Counted from the first letter of the stretch, positions 1 through 11,164 are shown. The stretch: DNA of 64,000 bases from an uncultured Myxococcales bacterium (GCA_964537055.1 CAZHYV010000004.1:112661-176660); one strand, 5' to 3'. Notes: generated by a model not told the origin, from the sequence alone. Translations and numbers: made by a program.

Positions 1-2
1 AC

Positions 3-545
3 ATTAATGGAAATCCAACGATCGTCAACAAGAACCTGAATGCGGTTTTTGGAGCTGTCGGGCAACAAACAAACCCTGGTTATCCTCTGATGTATATAGG
101 CGGGGTTCAAGATGCGCAAGGCCAAACTCTTCTTATCCAGCGAAATAATGCAGCACAGTATAAAAGGGAGATTTCAGGCTCCTTCTCTCAACCAATTAAG
201 GCGCTGCTTGGGTTCCAAGACCTAAGCGAAATCCATGCTGTAGGAGATGCAGGGGGCGTCCTAAGCCTTGTCAATGGAAACTGGCAACGAAGTATCGAAG
301 CAGAAGCAGTCCTAAGAAAGGCGAGCGTTACAGAAGTTGTTGGTGGTAGCAGTGCAGCGACATCAAACAACCTATTTATCTTGGCGGTTCCTAACGTGAT
401 TATTCATAGAAAGAATGGCACCTGGTCAGAAGAACCTGTAAAACTTTCTACTTATTCTAACCAGAAGTTTACTGCAATTTCTGCGGTGAATGGCAAAAAT
501 ATCTACTTGGTTGGTGAGCATGGTCTAATCCTACATTATTATTAG
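3..545 (+). CDS. hypothetical protein, C-terminal fragment (the ORF runs off the 5' edge of the window)
   Basis: The frame is open from the window start to a stop at 543-545 (ORF track 90..545). The sequence is repetitive and beta-strand-like with no confident family. Confidence 0.4.
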   Translation: MNGNPTIVNKNLNAVFGAVGQQTNPGYPLMYIGGVQDAQGQTLLIQRNNAAQYKREISGSFSQPIKALLGFQDLSEIHAVGDAGGVLSLVNGNWQRSIEAEAVLRKASVTEVVGGSSAATSNNLFILAVPNVIIHRKNGTWSEEPVKLSTYSNQKFTAISAVNGKNIYLVGEHGLILHYY

Positions 546-750
546 GCCCTTATCTTCCTAGCCTAGCTTGAGGCTTATTTTTGCATTCGTCTTGGGAGCC
601 GTTCTCTTTTTCAAAGATCATAACCATCCAACGCTACAGGCTTTTCTGCTTGGGGCATTCTTTCCAACTTTTTTCGAAGGAAAGGTTGAAAAAGGTGATA
701 CATCTGTTTAGTATAGCGATCGGCGGAATTTACAAGGAGTTCCAAAAGGC

Positions 751-2745
751 ATGGCAGAGAAGCCAAAACATGTATCTTTACCAAAAACTTATACAGAACA
801 AGACATTGTCGTCCTTGAAGGTCTAGAAGCAGTCAGAAAACGACCGGGGATGTATATCGGAAGCGTAGACCTCAAAGGCTACCACCATCTGCTTTGGGAA
901 ATCGTCGACAATTCAATTGACGAGGTGATAAATGGCCATGCTACCACCATTCAGGTCGTTCTGCACGATGACCAAAGATCTGTCTCTGTCATAGACGATG
1001 GACGGGGTATCCCTGTGGGTATTATGCCAACCTATCAGAAATCCGCATTGGAGGTGATTTTAACAACCCTCCATGCAGGAGGAAAGTTTGAGCAAGGAAA
1101 TTACCTTCATTCCGGTGGCTTGCATGGGGTTGGCTCTTCGGTCGTTAATGCTCTTTCGAGTAAGCTGTGGGTTTCGGTCAGACGAGAGGGAAATCTGTGG
1201 GAGCAAAGCTACGCCAAGGGGAAACCGACCACTCCGCTCGTAAAAAAAGCAATACCTCGCAATCCAGCAACAACCCGCAACCCAGGGAAGAACCCTTTTG
1301 TACGCTCGACCCACAATACAGGAACAACCCTCTTTTTCCATCCTGACCCTGAAATCTTTGGTCAAGAAGCCTGTTTTGATTGGAACCTGATTGTTGAGAG
1401 GATGGAGGCTCGGGCGTATCTTCATCAAGGTTTACGCTGCATCCTCATCAACGAGGCACACAAGACCAGACAAGAATTTTACTTTGAAGGAGGGATCCAA
1501 GATTATTTGAAAGACTGGGCCCAAAAAGAGAATCAATCCGCTCTGCACCCAATTCTCTTTTTGAAAAAAGAAGAACCTACTACCTCCACACGGTTCGAAG
1601 TCGCATTCTTTTGGACGGAAGGTACTGACGAGCGCATCCGCAGTTATGTCAACGGTATCCCAACCCCTTTAGGAGGCAGTCACGAACAGGGGTTTCGTTT
1701 GGGCCTTGTCAAAGGAGTACGGGCCTACCTAGAAGCCCATCCCCTCCTTCCAAAAGGGCTTTCTCTTCTTGCGGAAGATATCCGAGAAGGAATCTTTTGC
1801 ATTTTGTCCTGCTATGTTGTCGAACCCCAATTTCAGGGCCAAACCAAAGAGCGTTTGCACCATGCGACCATGGGGCAAGAACTCGATGGAGCCCTACGAA
1901 ACTTTGTTAAAGGCTGGCTGCACCAAAACTCTTCTCTTGCAGAAAAGCTCATGCTTCGCATGATCCAAGCAGCCCGCGCCCGGGAAGCCGCAAAAAAAGC
2001 CAGCCAGGCCATTTCAAGAAAGCCAACGGGATCTACTCGGCTTGTTCTACCGGGAAAGCTGGCAGATTGTGCCTCTCCGAATCCAAAAGAATGTGAGCTT
2101 TTCATCGTTGAGGGAGACAGCGCCGGAGGTTCTGCCAAGCAGGGACGCGATCGAAAGATCCAAGCGATCTTGCCGCTGCGAGGGAAAGTTTTAAATACCG
2201 AACAGGCGTCTGCGACAAAACTTTTATCTAACAAGGAACTGCAGGATATTATTTCTGCGTTGGGATGCGGTTTTGGGAAAGATTTTGATGAAACCAAGCT
2301 GCGTTACCACCATATCTTTCTTTTGATGGATGCCGATAGTGATGGCCATCATATCACAACACTACTGTTAACCTTCTTTTATCGGCACTTTCCTAAATTG
2401 ATCGAAAAGGGTCACCTGTATATTGCTCAACCCCCTTTGTACCGTGTCGATATTGGCAAACAGACACACTGGGTCTTGAGTGACGAGGAAAAAGACCAGC
2501 TCCTCTCCAAACTTCCGAAACAGGGAAAGGCAGAGATTCAGCGTTTCAAAGGACTTGGCGAAATGATGCCAACCGAACTATGGGCAACCACCTTAGACCC
2601 AAATCGAAGGACAGTACTTCGAGTAAAAATTGTGGATCCGTTACAGACAGACCGAGTTGTAAGTGATTTGATGGGGAAAGATCCGTCGTCGAGATTTCGG
2701 TTTATTATGGAACGAGCAAAAGAGGTCAAAGAGCTGGATATTTGA
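751..2745 (+). CDS. type IIA DNA topoisomerase ATPase subunit B (GyrB/ParE family). At 664 aa it is the shorter, ParE-like size.
   Basis: The N-terminus carries the GHKL ATPase region (LEAVRKRPGMYIGS, EVINGHATTIQV) and the C-terminus has Toprim motifs (ELFIVEGDSAGGSAKQGRDR, ILPLRGKVLN). Confidence 0.85.
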   Translation: MAEKPKHVSLPKTYTEQDIVVLEGLEAVRKRPGMYIGSVDLKGYHHLLWEIVDNSIDEVINGHATTIQVVLHDDQRSVSVIDDGRGIPVGIMPTYQKSALEVILTTLHAGGKFEQGNYLHSGGLHGVGSSVVNALSSKLWVSVRREGNLWEQSYAKGKPTTPLVKKAIPRNPATTRNPGKNPFVRSTHNTGTTLFFHPDPEIFGQEACFDWNLIVERMEARAYLHQGLRCILINEAHKTRQEFYFEGGIQDYLKDWAQKENQSALHPILFLKKEEPTTSTRFEVAFFWTEGTDERIRSYVNGIPTPLGGSHEQGFRLGLVKGVRAYLEAHPLLPKGLSLLAEDIREGIFCILSCYVVEPQFQGQTKERLHHATMGQELDGALRNFVKGWLHQNSSLAEKLMLRMIQAARAREAAKKASQAISRKPTGSTRLVLPGKLADCASPNPKECELFIVEGDSAGGSAKQGRDRKIQAILPLRGKVLNTEQASATKLLSNKELQDIISALGCGFGKDFDETKLRYHHIFLLMDADSDGHHITTLLLTFFYRHFPKLIEKGHLYIAQPPLYRVDIGKQTHWVLSDEEKDQLLSKLPKQGKAEIQRFKGLGEMMPTELWATTLDPNRRTVLRVKIVDPLQTDRVVSDLMGKDPSSRFRFIMERAKEVKELDI

Positions 2746-2984
2746 GGTTGCAGAAGGATGTGGAGCTTTTATTACGGCCAGACTCAGGACCTTTGGCTTT
2801 TCTTACCTTCCTTGCAACCACTCGGGGGCAGAGGAATGAATCCCTCCCATTTATTCCAATCCCTTGACCTTACCAGGTTCTTTGCGAAAGTAAGAGGCCC
2901 TTGAGTCCTTCCTAAATCGTTCTCCAAAGAAAAAATGCGACCTTTTCATTTCTGAAAAAATCGCATTTGTCGCAGAAAACCGGA

Positions 2985-3058
2985 CGGGACCGACGGGACT
3001 CGAACCCGCAACTTCCGCCGTGACAGGGCGGCGCTCTAACCAATTGAACTACGGTCCC
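2985..3058 (-). tRNA. tRNA-Asp (anticodon GTC)
   Basis: The 74-nt sequence folds by hand into a cloverleaf with acceptor GGGACCG/CGGTCCC, anticodon stem CCGCC/GGCGG, loop CTGTCAC, T-loop TTCGAGT and discriminator G. CCA is not encoded. Confidence 0.85.
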
Positions 3059-3241
3059 AATTGAAGAGGGATACGATTAAGCCAAATTCTGAAGAATTAG
3101 TCAAATCGATTTTGTAAGTTTTCAGAGGAGAAACCAAAATTTTTGACTTTGGTCGACGATAAAAGAGGCAGAATTGTTTTGGAAGCGATATGCTTTCTTG
3201 ATTTACTTTAGATTGAGCCTCCTCCAGAAAAGACAGATTCT

Positions 3242-4531
3242 CTATCTGGCTTTGCTAGGTTCGATCACCTCTTTGCCGTGGAGATACGGCCTAAGCACCT
3301 TGGGAATTTGTACACTGCCATCAGGTTGCTGATAGGTTTCTAAAACGGCTATCACCGTCCGAGGAAGCGCTAAACCTGATCCATTGAGCGTATGCACAAA
3401 CCGAGGTTTTTCCCCAGGAGAACGATACTTAATCTGTGCCCGCCGCGCTTGGAAATCCCCGAAGTTGCTGCAAGAAGAGACCTCAAGCCACTCGTTTACC
3501 CCCGGAGAAAAGACCTCGAGATCATACTTTTCACAAGCTGCAAACGAGAGATCCGCCGTACACATCTGGATCACTCGATAGGGAAGCTCAAGGCGTTTTA
3601 AGATTTCCTCTGCGTTGCTGAGCAGTACCTTCAGCTCTCGCTTGCTCTCCTCGGGTTTTACAAATTTGACCATCTCTACCTTATCAAACTGATGACCCCG
3701 TTTGATCCCCCGGGTATCCTTACCTGCGGCCAATTTTTCTCTTCGGAAGCACGCTGTATAGGCGACATGGTTGATGGGTAATTCTTCTTCCTTGAGGATT
3801 TCGTCTCGGTATAAATTGGTGACCGGAACTTCCGCGGTAGGAATAAAATAAAAATCTTCCTCCGCATCTCGATAAAGGTTATCTCCAAACTTAGGGAGCT
3901 GCGCAGTCCCATACAGGCATAGCTGCCTTACCATATAAGGAGGCATGACCTCAGTATATCCCTGCTCGATATGTACATCGATCATCCACTGGATCAAGGC
4001 TCTCTGCAGGGCCGCCCCTGCCCCTTTAAGCACGTAAAAGCGCGAGCCTGAGATTTTCACACCTCGCTCAAAGTCTAAAATCCCTAAGGATTCTCCGAGC
4101 TCCCAGTGGGTTTTTGGCGAAAAAGAAAATGGTCTCTTTTTCCCCTCCTCTCGCACTACTTTATTTTCCGAATCACTATGACCCAGTGGAACTTCTTCAT
4201 CAGGCAGGTTGGGAAGTTGAAGAGACAACTTCTCCAGCTCTTCTTCAATTTGGCGAAGTTCTGCGTCCAGAAGCACCACTTGCCTTTTGACCGCATCCAT
4301 CTTTTCGATCAAAGCTTTTCGCTTTTCGGCGTCTTTTTCCTGAGCAATTACCTGCGAAGCCTGGTTCCGCTGCTGCTTAAGCTCTTCAGCAGCAAACAAA
4401 TTCTGCCGACGGCGTTCGTCAAGCACGATGACTTTTTGCATCGTCATATAGGCTTCTTGGTCAAACAGACGCTCTTGATAAATTTTTGCAACCTGGGCAG
4501 AGTGTTCTCGTAATAGTTTTGGATCAAGCAT
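3242..4531 (-). CDS. serS: seryl-tRNA synthetase
   Basis: 429 aa with an N-terminal coiled-coil arm and a class II aaRS core (RFYVLKGAGA, FRREKLAAGKDTRGIKRGHQF, SSCSNFGDFQARR). Confidence 0.9.
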   Translation of the reverse strand: MLDPKLLREHSAQVAKIYQERLFDQEAYMTMQKVIVLDERRRQNLFAAEELKQQRNQASQVIAQEKDAEKRKALIEKMDAVKRQVVLLDAELRQIEEELEKLSLQLPNLPDEEVPLGHSDSENKVVREEGKKRPFSFSPKTHWELGESLGILDFERGVKISGSRFYVLKGAGAALQRALIQWMIDVHIEQGYTEVMPPYMVRQLCLYGTAQLPKFGDNLYRDAEEDFYFIPTAEVPVTNLYRDEILKEEELPINHVAYTACFRREKLAAGKDTRGIKRGHQFDKVEMVKFVKPEESKRELKVLLSNAEEILKRLELPYRVIQMCTADLSFAACEKYDLEVFSPGVNEWLEVSSCSNFGDFQARRAQIKYRSPGEKPRFVHTLNGSGLALPRTVIAVLETYQQPDGSVQIPKVLRPYLHGKEVIEPSKAR

Positions 4532-4647
4532 ACTCGATAGATTGTGCCTGTGTGGACGGTGGTGTCAAGGATTCTTGAGCCCTTTATTTTAGGTTTTTGA
4601 AGAAGTTAACCGCAGAACTAAGGATGGTTTGAGATTAGGAAAAAGAA

Positions 4648-5151
4648 TTAACCAAAGACTTCTTTAAACGCAGGGAGCAGCTTTTGATAAAGTTCCCCAA
4701 GAGATTTCCCAATCACCTTCGTCTCAGCAACCACCGGCATAAAGTTTGTATCCCCATTCCACCGAGGAACTACGTGGAAATGGCAGTGGTCCGCAATTCC
4801 TGCCCCTGCGGCTTTACCGAGGTTCATACCCAGGTTCATGCCTTCAGGAAGGAGTTCTTGCTTGAGGATGGCAACGGTTTTTTGAAGGAGTTCACAAAGG
4901 GCTTGGTATTCTTCTTTCGGAAGCTCGCTAAGATCAGAGACGTGCCTTCTAGGAATCACCATAAGATGCCCTGCATTATAAGGATAAAGATTAAAAATAA
5001 CGAACGCTTTCTCTGAAGAGTAGAGAATAAAATGCTCCTTATAGGAAGCAGGACCTTTTTGAGGAAACTCACAAAAGATACACCCCTCGCTCTTTTTTTC
5101 ACCCTTGCGAATGTAGCTAGCCCGCCAGGGAGCCCAAAGATTCTCTATCAT
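4648..5151 (-). CDS. HIT-family nucleotide hydrolase/transferase
   Basis: Histidine-triad motif HCHFHVVPR together with a CIFCEF zinc-binding-like segment; 167 aa. Confidence 0.7.
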   Translation of the reverse strand: MIENLWAPWRASYIRKGEKKSEGCIFCEFPQKGPASYKEHFILYSSEKAFVIFNLYPYNAGHLMVIPRRHVSDLSELPKEEYQALCELLQKTVAILKQELLPEGMNLGMNLGKAAGAGIADHCHFHVVPRWNGDTNFMPVVAETKVIGKSLGELYQKLLPAFKEVFG

Positions 5152-5317
5152 TATTTTTCCTTATCATGATCCCTGCCAAAAAACCAGAAATCCCCTACAA
5201 AGAAAGATAAAGAAAAGAAATGAATCCTCGAGAAGAGTTCTTTAGGGAAGGATAGGAAAGACCGGTAAAAGGCTTTCGAAGATGAGAGAAGAAACAGATA
5301 GGAAGAAAGTAGAATTT

Positions 5318-7054
5318 TTACGTGTCAGAGTCTTCAGAAGAAGCTTTTTTCTTCTTGTTCTTCTGCTTTCCAAACACATCCGCCAAGGTGGCTCCGCCTG
5401 ATTCGTTGGCCTTGTATCCTTGCGCCATAGAAATCTCAGCACGCCTTTGGGCAGATCTCATCGAAAGACCAATCTTCCGCTCTTCGGGATCGACCAGAAC
5501 AACTTCGGCCTGAACCTCTTGGCCAGGCTTCAAAGCCGCTTTAGGGTCTCCGCCTTTGTCATCTACAATTTCAGAAATGTGAATGAGTCCTTCAATGCCC
5601 TGACCTAGTTCAACGAAAGCGCCAAAGTCTAGCATTTTTACTACTTTCGCGGTTACAATCTTGCCGACGGGCAGTTCGGCAGGGATATGCGCCCATGGAT
5701 CTTCGGCAAGCTGTTTGATGCCTAGCGAAATTTTTGGCTTATCTACTTCTCCCATATCGATCTGTAAGACAACAGCCTCGATCTCATCCCCTTTGTTATA
5801 CATTTCGGAAGGATTCTTAACCCTCTGGGTCCAGCTAAGATCAGACACATGGACCAGACCGTCAATCCCCTCTTCAATCTCAACAAACAAACCAAAGTCT
5901 GTCACATTGCGGATAGTTCCTTTGACTTTGGCGCCAATTGGGTACTTCTCTAATAAAGCTTCGTAGGGGTTTGGCTCAAGCTGTTTCATCCCTAGTGAGA
6001 TCCGGTTGTTTGCAGGATCTACTTCTAGCACAACTGCTTCCACCGTGTCGCCAATGGCCACCATCTTCGAAGGATGCTTAATTCTTCGCGTCCATGACAT
6101 TTCGCTGACGTGGATAAGACCCTCAATTCCTTCTTCAAGCTCAATGAAGGCGCCATAATCTTTGAGAGAGACAACCTTTCCACGAACCACAGTTCCAGGT
6201 TTATATCTCTCTGGCGCTGTTTTCCATGGATCTTCGGTAATTTGCTTCATCCCCAGGCTAACCCGCTCGGTGTCTGTATTAAACTTGAGCACCTTCACCC
6301 TGATATGATCTCCGACTCGAAATAGTTCGGATGGGTGGTTCACTCGACCCCAGCTCATATCGGTGATATGAAGCAATCCATCGATGCCTCCAAGATCAAT
6401 AAAAGCACCGTACTCTGTCAGATTCTTTACGATTCCTTCGACGATTTGGCCTTCCTGAAGTCTTTCAATGGTGTGTTCTTTCAGATGGGCACGTTCTTGC
6501 TCTAACAGAGCTCTTCGAGAAAGTACGATGTTGCCCCGCTTTTTGTTAAACTTAATTACTTTAAATTTGTAGGATTTACCAATGTATCCTTCGAGATTCC
6601 GCACAGGACGCAAGTCGACTTGGGAACCGGGCAGAAATGCCTTGACTCCTCCTCGAATCTGGACGGCAAGCCCGCCCTTCACTCGCTGGATCACAACACC
6701 TTCGATAAGTTCATCTTTCTCACAGGCAACCGCGATCTCATCCCATACCTTGAGGCGATCTGCCTCTTCTTTTGAGAGGACACAAAGACCGTTTTCATTC
6801 TCTCGGCTCTTTAAAACTACACCTACGGTATCACCCACATTTGCGGCAAGTTGACCGTCAGGGCCCATAAATTCAGCAATAGGAACCTGGCCTTCTGATT
6901 TATAACCGACATCGATGAGAACATGGTCTTTTGTGATCTGGACAATACGTCCTTGAATGACTTTGCCCTCGGCAACTTGTTCATTCTTTAGACTTTCTTC
7001 AAATAATGATGCGAAGGATTCTTCTTGGGAGGGGGACTGTTGGGACATGAACAT
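5318..7054 (-). CDS. rpsA: 30S ribosomal protein S1
   Basis: 578 aa with six tandem S1 RNA-binding repeats (recurring G..V.G.V..I...GAFV.L motifs). Confidence 0.9.
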   Translation of the reverse strand: MFMSQQSPSQEESFASLFEESLKNEQVAEGKVIQGRIVQITKDHVLIDVGYKSEGQVPIAEFMGPDGQLAANVGDTVGVVLKSRENENGLCVLSKEEADRLKVWDEIAVACEKDELIEGVVIQRVKGGLAVQIRGGVKAFLPGSQVDLRPVRNLEGYIGKSYKFKVIKFNKKRGNIVLSRRALLEQERAHLKEHTIERLQEGQIVEGIVKNLTEYGAFIDLGGIDGLLHITDMSWGRVNHPSELFRVGDHIRVKVLKFNTDTERVSLGMKQITEDPWKTAPERYKPGTVVRGKVVSLKDYGAFIELEEGIEGLIHVSEMSWTRRIKHPSKMVAIGDTVEAVVLEVDPANNRISLGMKQLEPNPYEALLEKYPIGAKVKGTIRNVTDFGLFVEIEEGIDGLVHVSDLSWTQRVKNPSEMYNKGDEIEAVVLQIDMGEVDKPKISLGIKQLAEDPWAHIPAELPVGKIVTAKVVKMLDFGAFVELGQGIEGLIHISEIVDDKGGDPKAALKPGQEVQAEVVLVDPEERKIGLSMRSAQRRAEISMAQGYKANESGGATLADVFGKQKNKKKKASSEDSDT

Positions 7055-7285
7055 GCGTTTTGTGGTTCTCTCTTTCTTCGGTAAGTGACCGAAACACCTG
7101 CGATCTAAAGGGCTGCATTCTGTATGATAAACACCAGAGATTTCAGAGAATTTGTGAATATGATGTAAAAACCAAGCTCGCAGCCCTGAAATCTTCCTAA
7201 GAATTTACCGCCTTTTAGGTTTCCGGGTCAAGAGAATTTCTATTCGTAAGCAAGGTCACTACCCACCGTTTTTAAGCAACCTCCC

Positions 7286-7957
7286 TCATGGAAAAGAGCG
7301 AAGTCGCTCTTTATAGATTCTTTCCATCTGATTTACTACCTGCTCCAACGTCAGATCACTTGTGTCGATCAAAACCGCATCTTCGGGCCGCTTGAGTGGT
7401 GCTACTGAACGTTCGGAATCCCTCCCATCACGTGTAGTTTGTTCTTGAAGAATCTGCGCTAACGTCATCTCCACCCCAGCACTTTTTATTTCCTCCAACC
7501 TCCTCTGGGCTCTTACTTCAGGACGGGCGGTTAAAAAAAACTTCAGAGGCGCATGAGGGAGAACCACAGTTCCCACGTCTCTGCCTTCCACTACACAAGA
7601 GCCTTTCCCAGCCAGGTCCCTTTGAATAGGCAAGAGTGCCTCTCGGACCGCAGCATACGGAGAAACTAACGAGGCTCCCTCAGAAATTTCAGGAGACCGG
7701 ATTTCCTGGGTCACTTCTTCAGTCCCTAGAAAGACACGGACGAACCCACGTTCGCGTTGAAAGCAGATCGGTAGATCTTTAGCTAACTCTTTTAGATGCA
7801 CCTCGTCGGTGTAGGAGACATTTTTCCTTTTTGCCAGGAGTGCAAGGCAACGATAGATCGCGCCCGTATCGAGCAGATAGAACCCCAACCTTTTTGCTAG
7901 CATTTTCGCAACCGTCGACTTCCCCGCCCCCGCAGGTCCATCAATGGTAATCATCAT
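7286..7957 (-). CDS. cmk: cytidylate kinase
   Basis: P-loop [16 protein letters not shown] and a CMP-binding region. The start is taken at the internal MMITIDG Met; the ORF track extends to 8044, so the start is uncertain. Confidence 0.85.
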   Translation of the reverse strand: MMITIDGPAGAGKSTVAKMLAKRLGFYLLDTGAIYRCLALLAKRKNVSYTDEVHLKELAKDLPICFQRERGFVRVFLGTEEVTQEIRSPEISEGASLVSPYAAVREALLPIQRDLAGKGSCVVEGRDVGTVVLPHAPLKFFLTARPEVRAQRRLEEIKSAGVEMTLAQILQEQTTRDGRDSERSVAPLKRPEDAVLIDTSDLTLEQVVNQMERIYKERLRSFP

Positions 7958-8049
7958 ACGGTTCTCCAAATAGCTCATTTTTCTATCCATGCTCCAAAGA
8001 GAACCATACCTATTTTGCGTTCTTCCGAAAAGTAAGATATACAAGTTTT

Positions 8050-9366
8050 ATGTCTTTTTCTTCTCCAAATATGCCACAAACTTGGATCTGCGATCTACCC
8101 AAACACATTGGAGGTTTGGTCGAACTACGCGGCTGGCTTCACCAGCGTAGCTCGAAGGGAAAGTTACATTTTTTGAAAGTCCGAGATGGGTCAGGGTTCG
8201 TGCAAGCCGTGGTCTTTCAAGGAGATGTCTCTCAAGAGGTCTTTTATGAGGCAGACCATCTTCCTCAGGAGACCTCTATCATCATCCGGGGGATTGTCAA
8301 AGAGGACAAGCGCTCAGCGTCAGGCGTTGAATTGCAGGTACAAGACTTACAGGTGATTGCCAAACCCACCCTCGAATTTCCAATTAGTCCAAAGGAACAT
8401 GGTATTGCCTTCCTAATGGATCAGCGGCATCTATGGCTTCGTAGCAAGCGGCAAGTTGCCATTATGCGAATTCGTGCAGAGCTGGTCGCAGCCATCAGGC
8501 AGTACTTTGATGGGAAAGGATTTACCCTGGTGGATGCGCCGATCTTTACTCCTTCCGCGTGTGAGGGAACCACCAATTTATTCGAGGTGAAATATTTTGA
8601 TGAGAAAGCGTATCTTACGCAATCGGGACAGCTCTACATGGAAGCGGCTGCCATGGCGCTTGGGAGAGTTTACTGCTTTGGACCTACGTTTCGGGCGGAG
8701 AAGTCGAAGACTCGTAGACACTTAACCGAGTTTTGGATGGTCGAGCCTGAAGTCGCCTTCATGGATTTGGCGGGAGATATGGATTTAGCAGAGGATTTTC
8801 TGGTCGAAATTGTTGCCCGAGTTCTAAAAAACTGCCAGGCAGAACTTGAGGTCCTCGAACGGAATGTCTCTTCCTTAGAGCGAGTGAAAAAACCTTTTCC
8901 TCGCATTCGTTATGAAGAAGCCTTAGAGATTTTAGCAAAACACGGAAAGCATGTACCGTTCGGCGAGGATTTCGGCGGAGATGAAGAAACAGTGATTAGT
9001 GAGCAGTTTGATCGGCCTGTGATGATCCACAGGTACCCAAAACAGGTAAAAGCTTTCTATTTTAAACCGGACCCAGAGGATGAACGCTTGGCTCTTTGCG
9101 TGGACGTCATCGCCCCTGAAGGCGCAGGTGAAATCATTGGTGGGGGTCAGCGCGAGGATGACCTTGATAGGCTTCTATCCCAAATTGATTTACACAAGCT
9201 CCCTAAAGAAGCATTCGAGTGGTTTTTAGATTTACGTCGATATGGGTCAGTACCGCATGCAGGTTTTGGATTAGGTCTTGAGCGTACCGTCGGTTGGATT
9301 TGCGGCCTGCATCACGTTCGAGAAACCATCCCCTTCCCACGAATGCTCGAGCGTCTTAAGCCATAA
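8050..9366 (+). CDS. asnS: asparaginyl-tRNA synthetase (class IIb)
   Basis: 438 aa with an N-terminal OB fold. Class II motifs [21 protein letters not shown] and [10 protein letters not shown] are AsnRS-type, and [10 protein letters not shown] is motif 3. Confidence 0.8.
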   Translation: MSFSSPNMPQTWICDLPKHIGGLVELRGWLHQRSSKGKLHFLKVRDGSGFVQAVVFQGDVSQEVFYEADHLPQETSIIIRGIVKEDKRSASGVELQVQDLQVIAKPTLEFPISPKEHGIAFLMDQRHLWLRSKRQVAIMRIRAELVAAIRQYFDGKGFTLVDAPIFTPSACEGTTNLFEVKYFDEKAYLTQSGQLYMEAAAMALGRVYCFGPTFRAEKSKTRRHLTEFWMVEPEVAFMDLAGDMDLAEDFLVEIVARVLKNCQAELEVLERNVSSLERVKKPFPRIRYEEALEILAKHGKHVPFGEDFGGDEETVISEQFDRPVMIHRYPKQVKAFYFKPDPEDERLALCVDVIAPEGAGEIIGGGQREDDLDRLLSQIDLHKLPKEAFEWFLDLRRYGSVPHAGFGLGLERTVGWICGLHHVRETIPFPRMLERLKP

Positions 9367-9431
9367 ACTTACCCCGGAGACAACTGCTCTTTCTTATCGG
9401 AGAGCACCTTATAGCAAGGCATCTCTGCTCC

Positions 9432-11042
9432 CTACTCTAACTGTACCCATTGCTCGTAGTCTGGGTAAATTCGTGCCTGGGCTTTTATCGATTCGCACTC
9501 AACCCATACATCACCGGGAGGAAGGTTCTGAACGGAGAACTCACCTTTTTCGTCAGTGGTTACATGACCCACTACCTCTCCAGCCCCATTGCGAATGCTC
9601 ACCTTTTTTCCTGAGATTTCTTTTGATGTCCGCAATCTTCCTTTTAACCGACCTGCCTGGTCTAGCTCGATTCGTAAATCTCGATAAGAAATTTCTTGTT
9701 CGACCTTCATTTTCTTTTTCACCGGCACGTAGCCTTCTGCCTGTACAGAAAGATCAATGTCCCCTTTTGGGGCAGATAAAATTACAAAATGTCCGTTTCT
9801 ATCAGGGAAAACGGTGTGTTCGACATTCTGAAAACTCCAACGAACCTGCGCCTTGGTAGGAATTGCAAAACCACGATAGTTAGTCACAATACCCTCAATA
9901 CGCACCCCCTTATGCAAAGTAAGCGTAAGCATGGGAGCGTTTTTTAATTCCTCAGGAGAATAGGACTTTTCAAACGACCCTAGTAGATTATGGCTGATTT
10001 TTAAGGTGGCTGGTTGGAGAGAGACCTGGGGCAATATGCATTTCCCTACGCCATCGGTAAGACAGGAGGGAGAAAACCCACCCACTTCTTGGATCCGCAC
10101 CAAAGCGCCTGAGACCTTCCTCCCCTGTTCATCTAAGACTTCTATCTGCAAATCTTGCTTCTCTAACGAATTTTCTTCAGGCAAACCAAATGGATCACTC
10201 GATAGGGAGGGCATATCAGGCATCAAAACCAGAGCAACAAAAATTCCTTCGGATTGACATCTTTCTTCATCGGAGATTATGACTTTTTTAGTACCCAACC
10301 CTTGAGATTCCATAGAGTTTATCTCCTTGCTAAGATTTGCCTCTTGGGTTTGAGCAGATCGAGATGCCTCTACATCCCGTATCCTTACGATAGCTTTTGC
10401 ATTTCCATCTGTTGTTATCGCAGAAATTTGAACCAATTCATCAGGCAGCTCAGAAAAGGCAACCATTCCCTTGGCATTGGTTTTTTTTCGGGTTGCCTGG
10501 GCTGATTGTAGTTGAGGCTGAGCAGGAGATGTAAGATTTTGGGAAGAACTTTTCTCGCCATAAGGTTTCTTGACGATCACCTCTTCGGGATAGGGAAGAT
10601 TCCCATAAACGACCCCTAATTCCCCTTTTGATTCAAATCGGTAAGGCCCGTAATGATACATCTCTGACGAAAAAGGCTCTGCTACAACTTCTACCTGAGA
10701 AACAGGCTTTTGTGCCTGAGAAAGAACTTCCACACAGAGTAGTTTCTTTTGCTTCAAACGTTCTTTGGAATCATCTTTAGGAAGTTCGCCTATAGAGGGA
10801 TTGTCTGGGTTTGCTATTGTTTTTATCACCATGGTTTGAGAAATCGTTGTCTGAGAAATTTGAGAAGTGGAAGAAGTAACTTGATTTTTCAATGGGTTAT
10901 TTCCTACCGTGGGTGGGTTCGTAAACGAAATCCCTTTTCCAATCATCCATCCTACAAGGATTCCTACCGTGGCTAGACCCAGCTTTTGAGCCCAATCCAT
11001 CTTTGCTTGCCATTTTTTTCTTGGAGGCATCTTTTCATTCAT
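9432..11042 (-). CDS. hypothetical membrane-anchored protein with a C-terminal carboxypeptidase-regulatory-like (Cna B-type) beta-sandwich domain
   Basis: An N-terminal TM segment (LATVGILVGWMIG) is followed by a Ser/Thr/Gln-rich linker. The C-terminus (GEVVGHVTTDEKGEFSVQNLPPGDVWV) resembles a CarboxypepD_reg fold. The start is taken at the internal MNEKMPP Met, since the ORF track start at 11177 would overlap rpmB. Confidence 0.5.
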   Translation of the reverse strand: MNEKMPPRKKWQAKMDWAQKLGLATVGILVGWMIGKGISFTNPPTVGNNPLKNQVTSSTSQISQTTISQTMVIKTIANPDNPSIGELPKDDSKERLKQKKLLCVEVLSQAQKPVSQVEVVAEPFSSEMYHYGPYRFESKGELGVVYGNLPYPEEVIVKKPYGEKSSSQNLTSPAQPQLQSAQATRKKTNAKGMVAFSELPDELVQISAITTDGNAKAIVRIRDVEASRSAQTQEANLSKEINSMESQGLGTKKVIISDEERCQSEGIFVALVLMPDMPSLSSDPFGLPEENSLEKQDLQIEVLDEQGRKVSGALVRIQEVGGFSPSCLTDGVGKCILPQVSLQPATLKISHNLLGSFEKSYSPEELKNAPMLTLTLHKGVRIEGIVTNYRGFAIPTKAQVRWSFQNVEHTVFPDRNGHFVILSAPKGDIDLSVQAEGYVPVKKKMKVEQEISYRDLRIELDQAGRLKGRLRTSKEISGKKVSIRNGAGEVVGHVTTDEKGEFSVQNLPPGDVWVECESIKAQARIYPDYEQWVQLE

Positions 11043-11164
11043 GATATAAGCTTTCTTTTTAAAACCACCGTGGTCAATATAGCCGATCGAGTTTACCATC
11101 GGTAAAAATATTAGCTTGTTTGAACCACCTAACAACCTGTGAATTTGTATTGTAAGAGAAAACC

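Noticed and set aside
581-826. The 81-aa ORF that overlaps the topoisomerase start
   Set aside because: It runs across the probable promoter/RBS and the first 25 codons of the topoisomerase gene in another frame, and its sequence is low-complexity.
1060-2297. Antisense ORFs 1060..1428 (122 aa) and 1833..2297 (154 aa) inside the topoisomerase gene
   Set aside because: They are entirely nested on the opposite strand of a well-supported conserved CDS, have no RBS and no recognisable motifs; they are typical shadow ORFs.
2933-2973. Hairpin (aaatgcga ... tcgcattt) just downstream of tRNA-Asp on the minus strand as a terminator
   Set aside because: The stem is AT-rich with a 17-nt loop and only a short T-run follows; the support is too weak to annotate.
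3384-3912. Cluster of small plus- and minus-strand ORFs inside serS
   Set aside because: All lie within the serS coding region. The Arg/Pro-rich products are typical translations of the wrong frame of a GC-moderate gene.
9278-9859. The 193-aa plus-strand ORF spanning the asnS 3' end and the neighbouring gene on the opposite strand
   Set aside because: It overlaps two supported genes and has no motifs; it is a shadow ORF.
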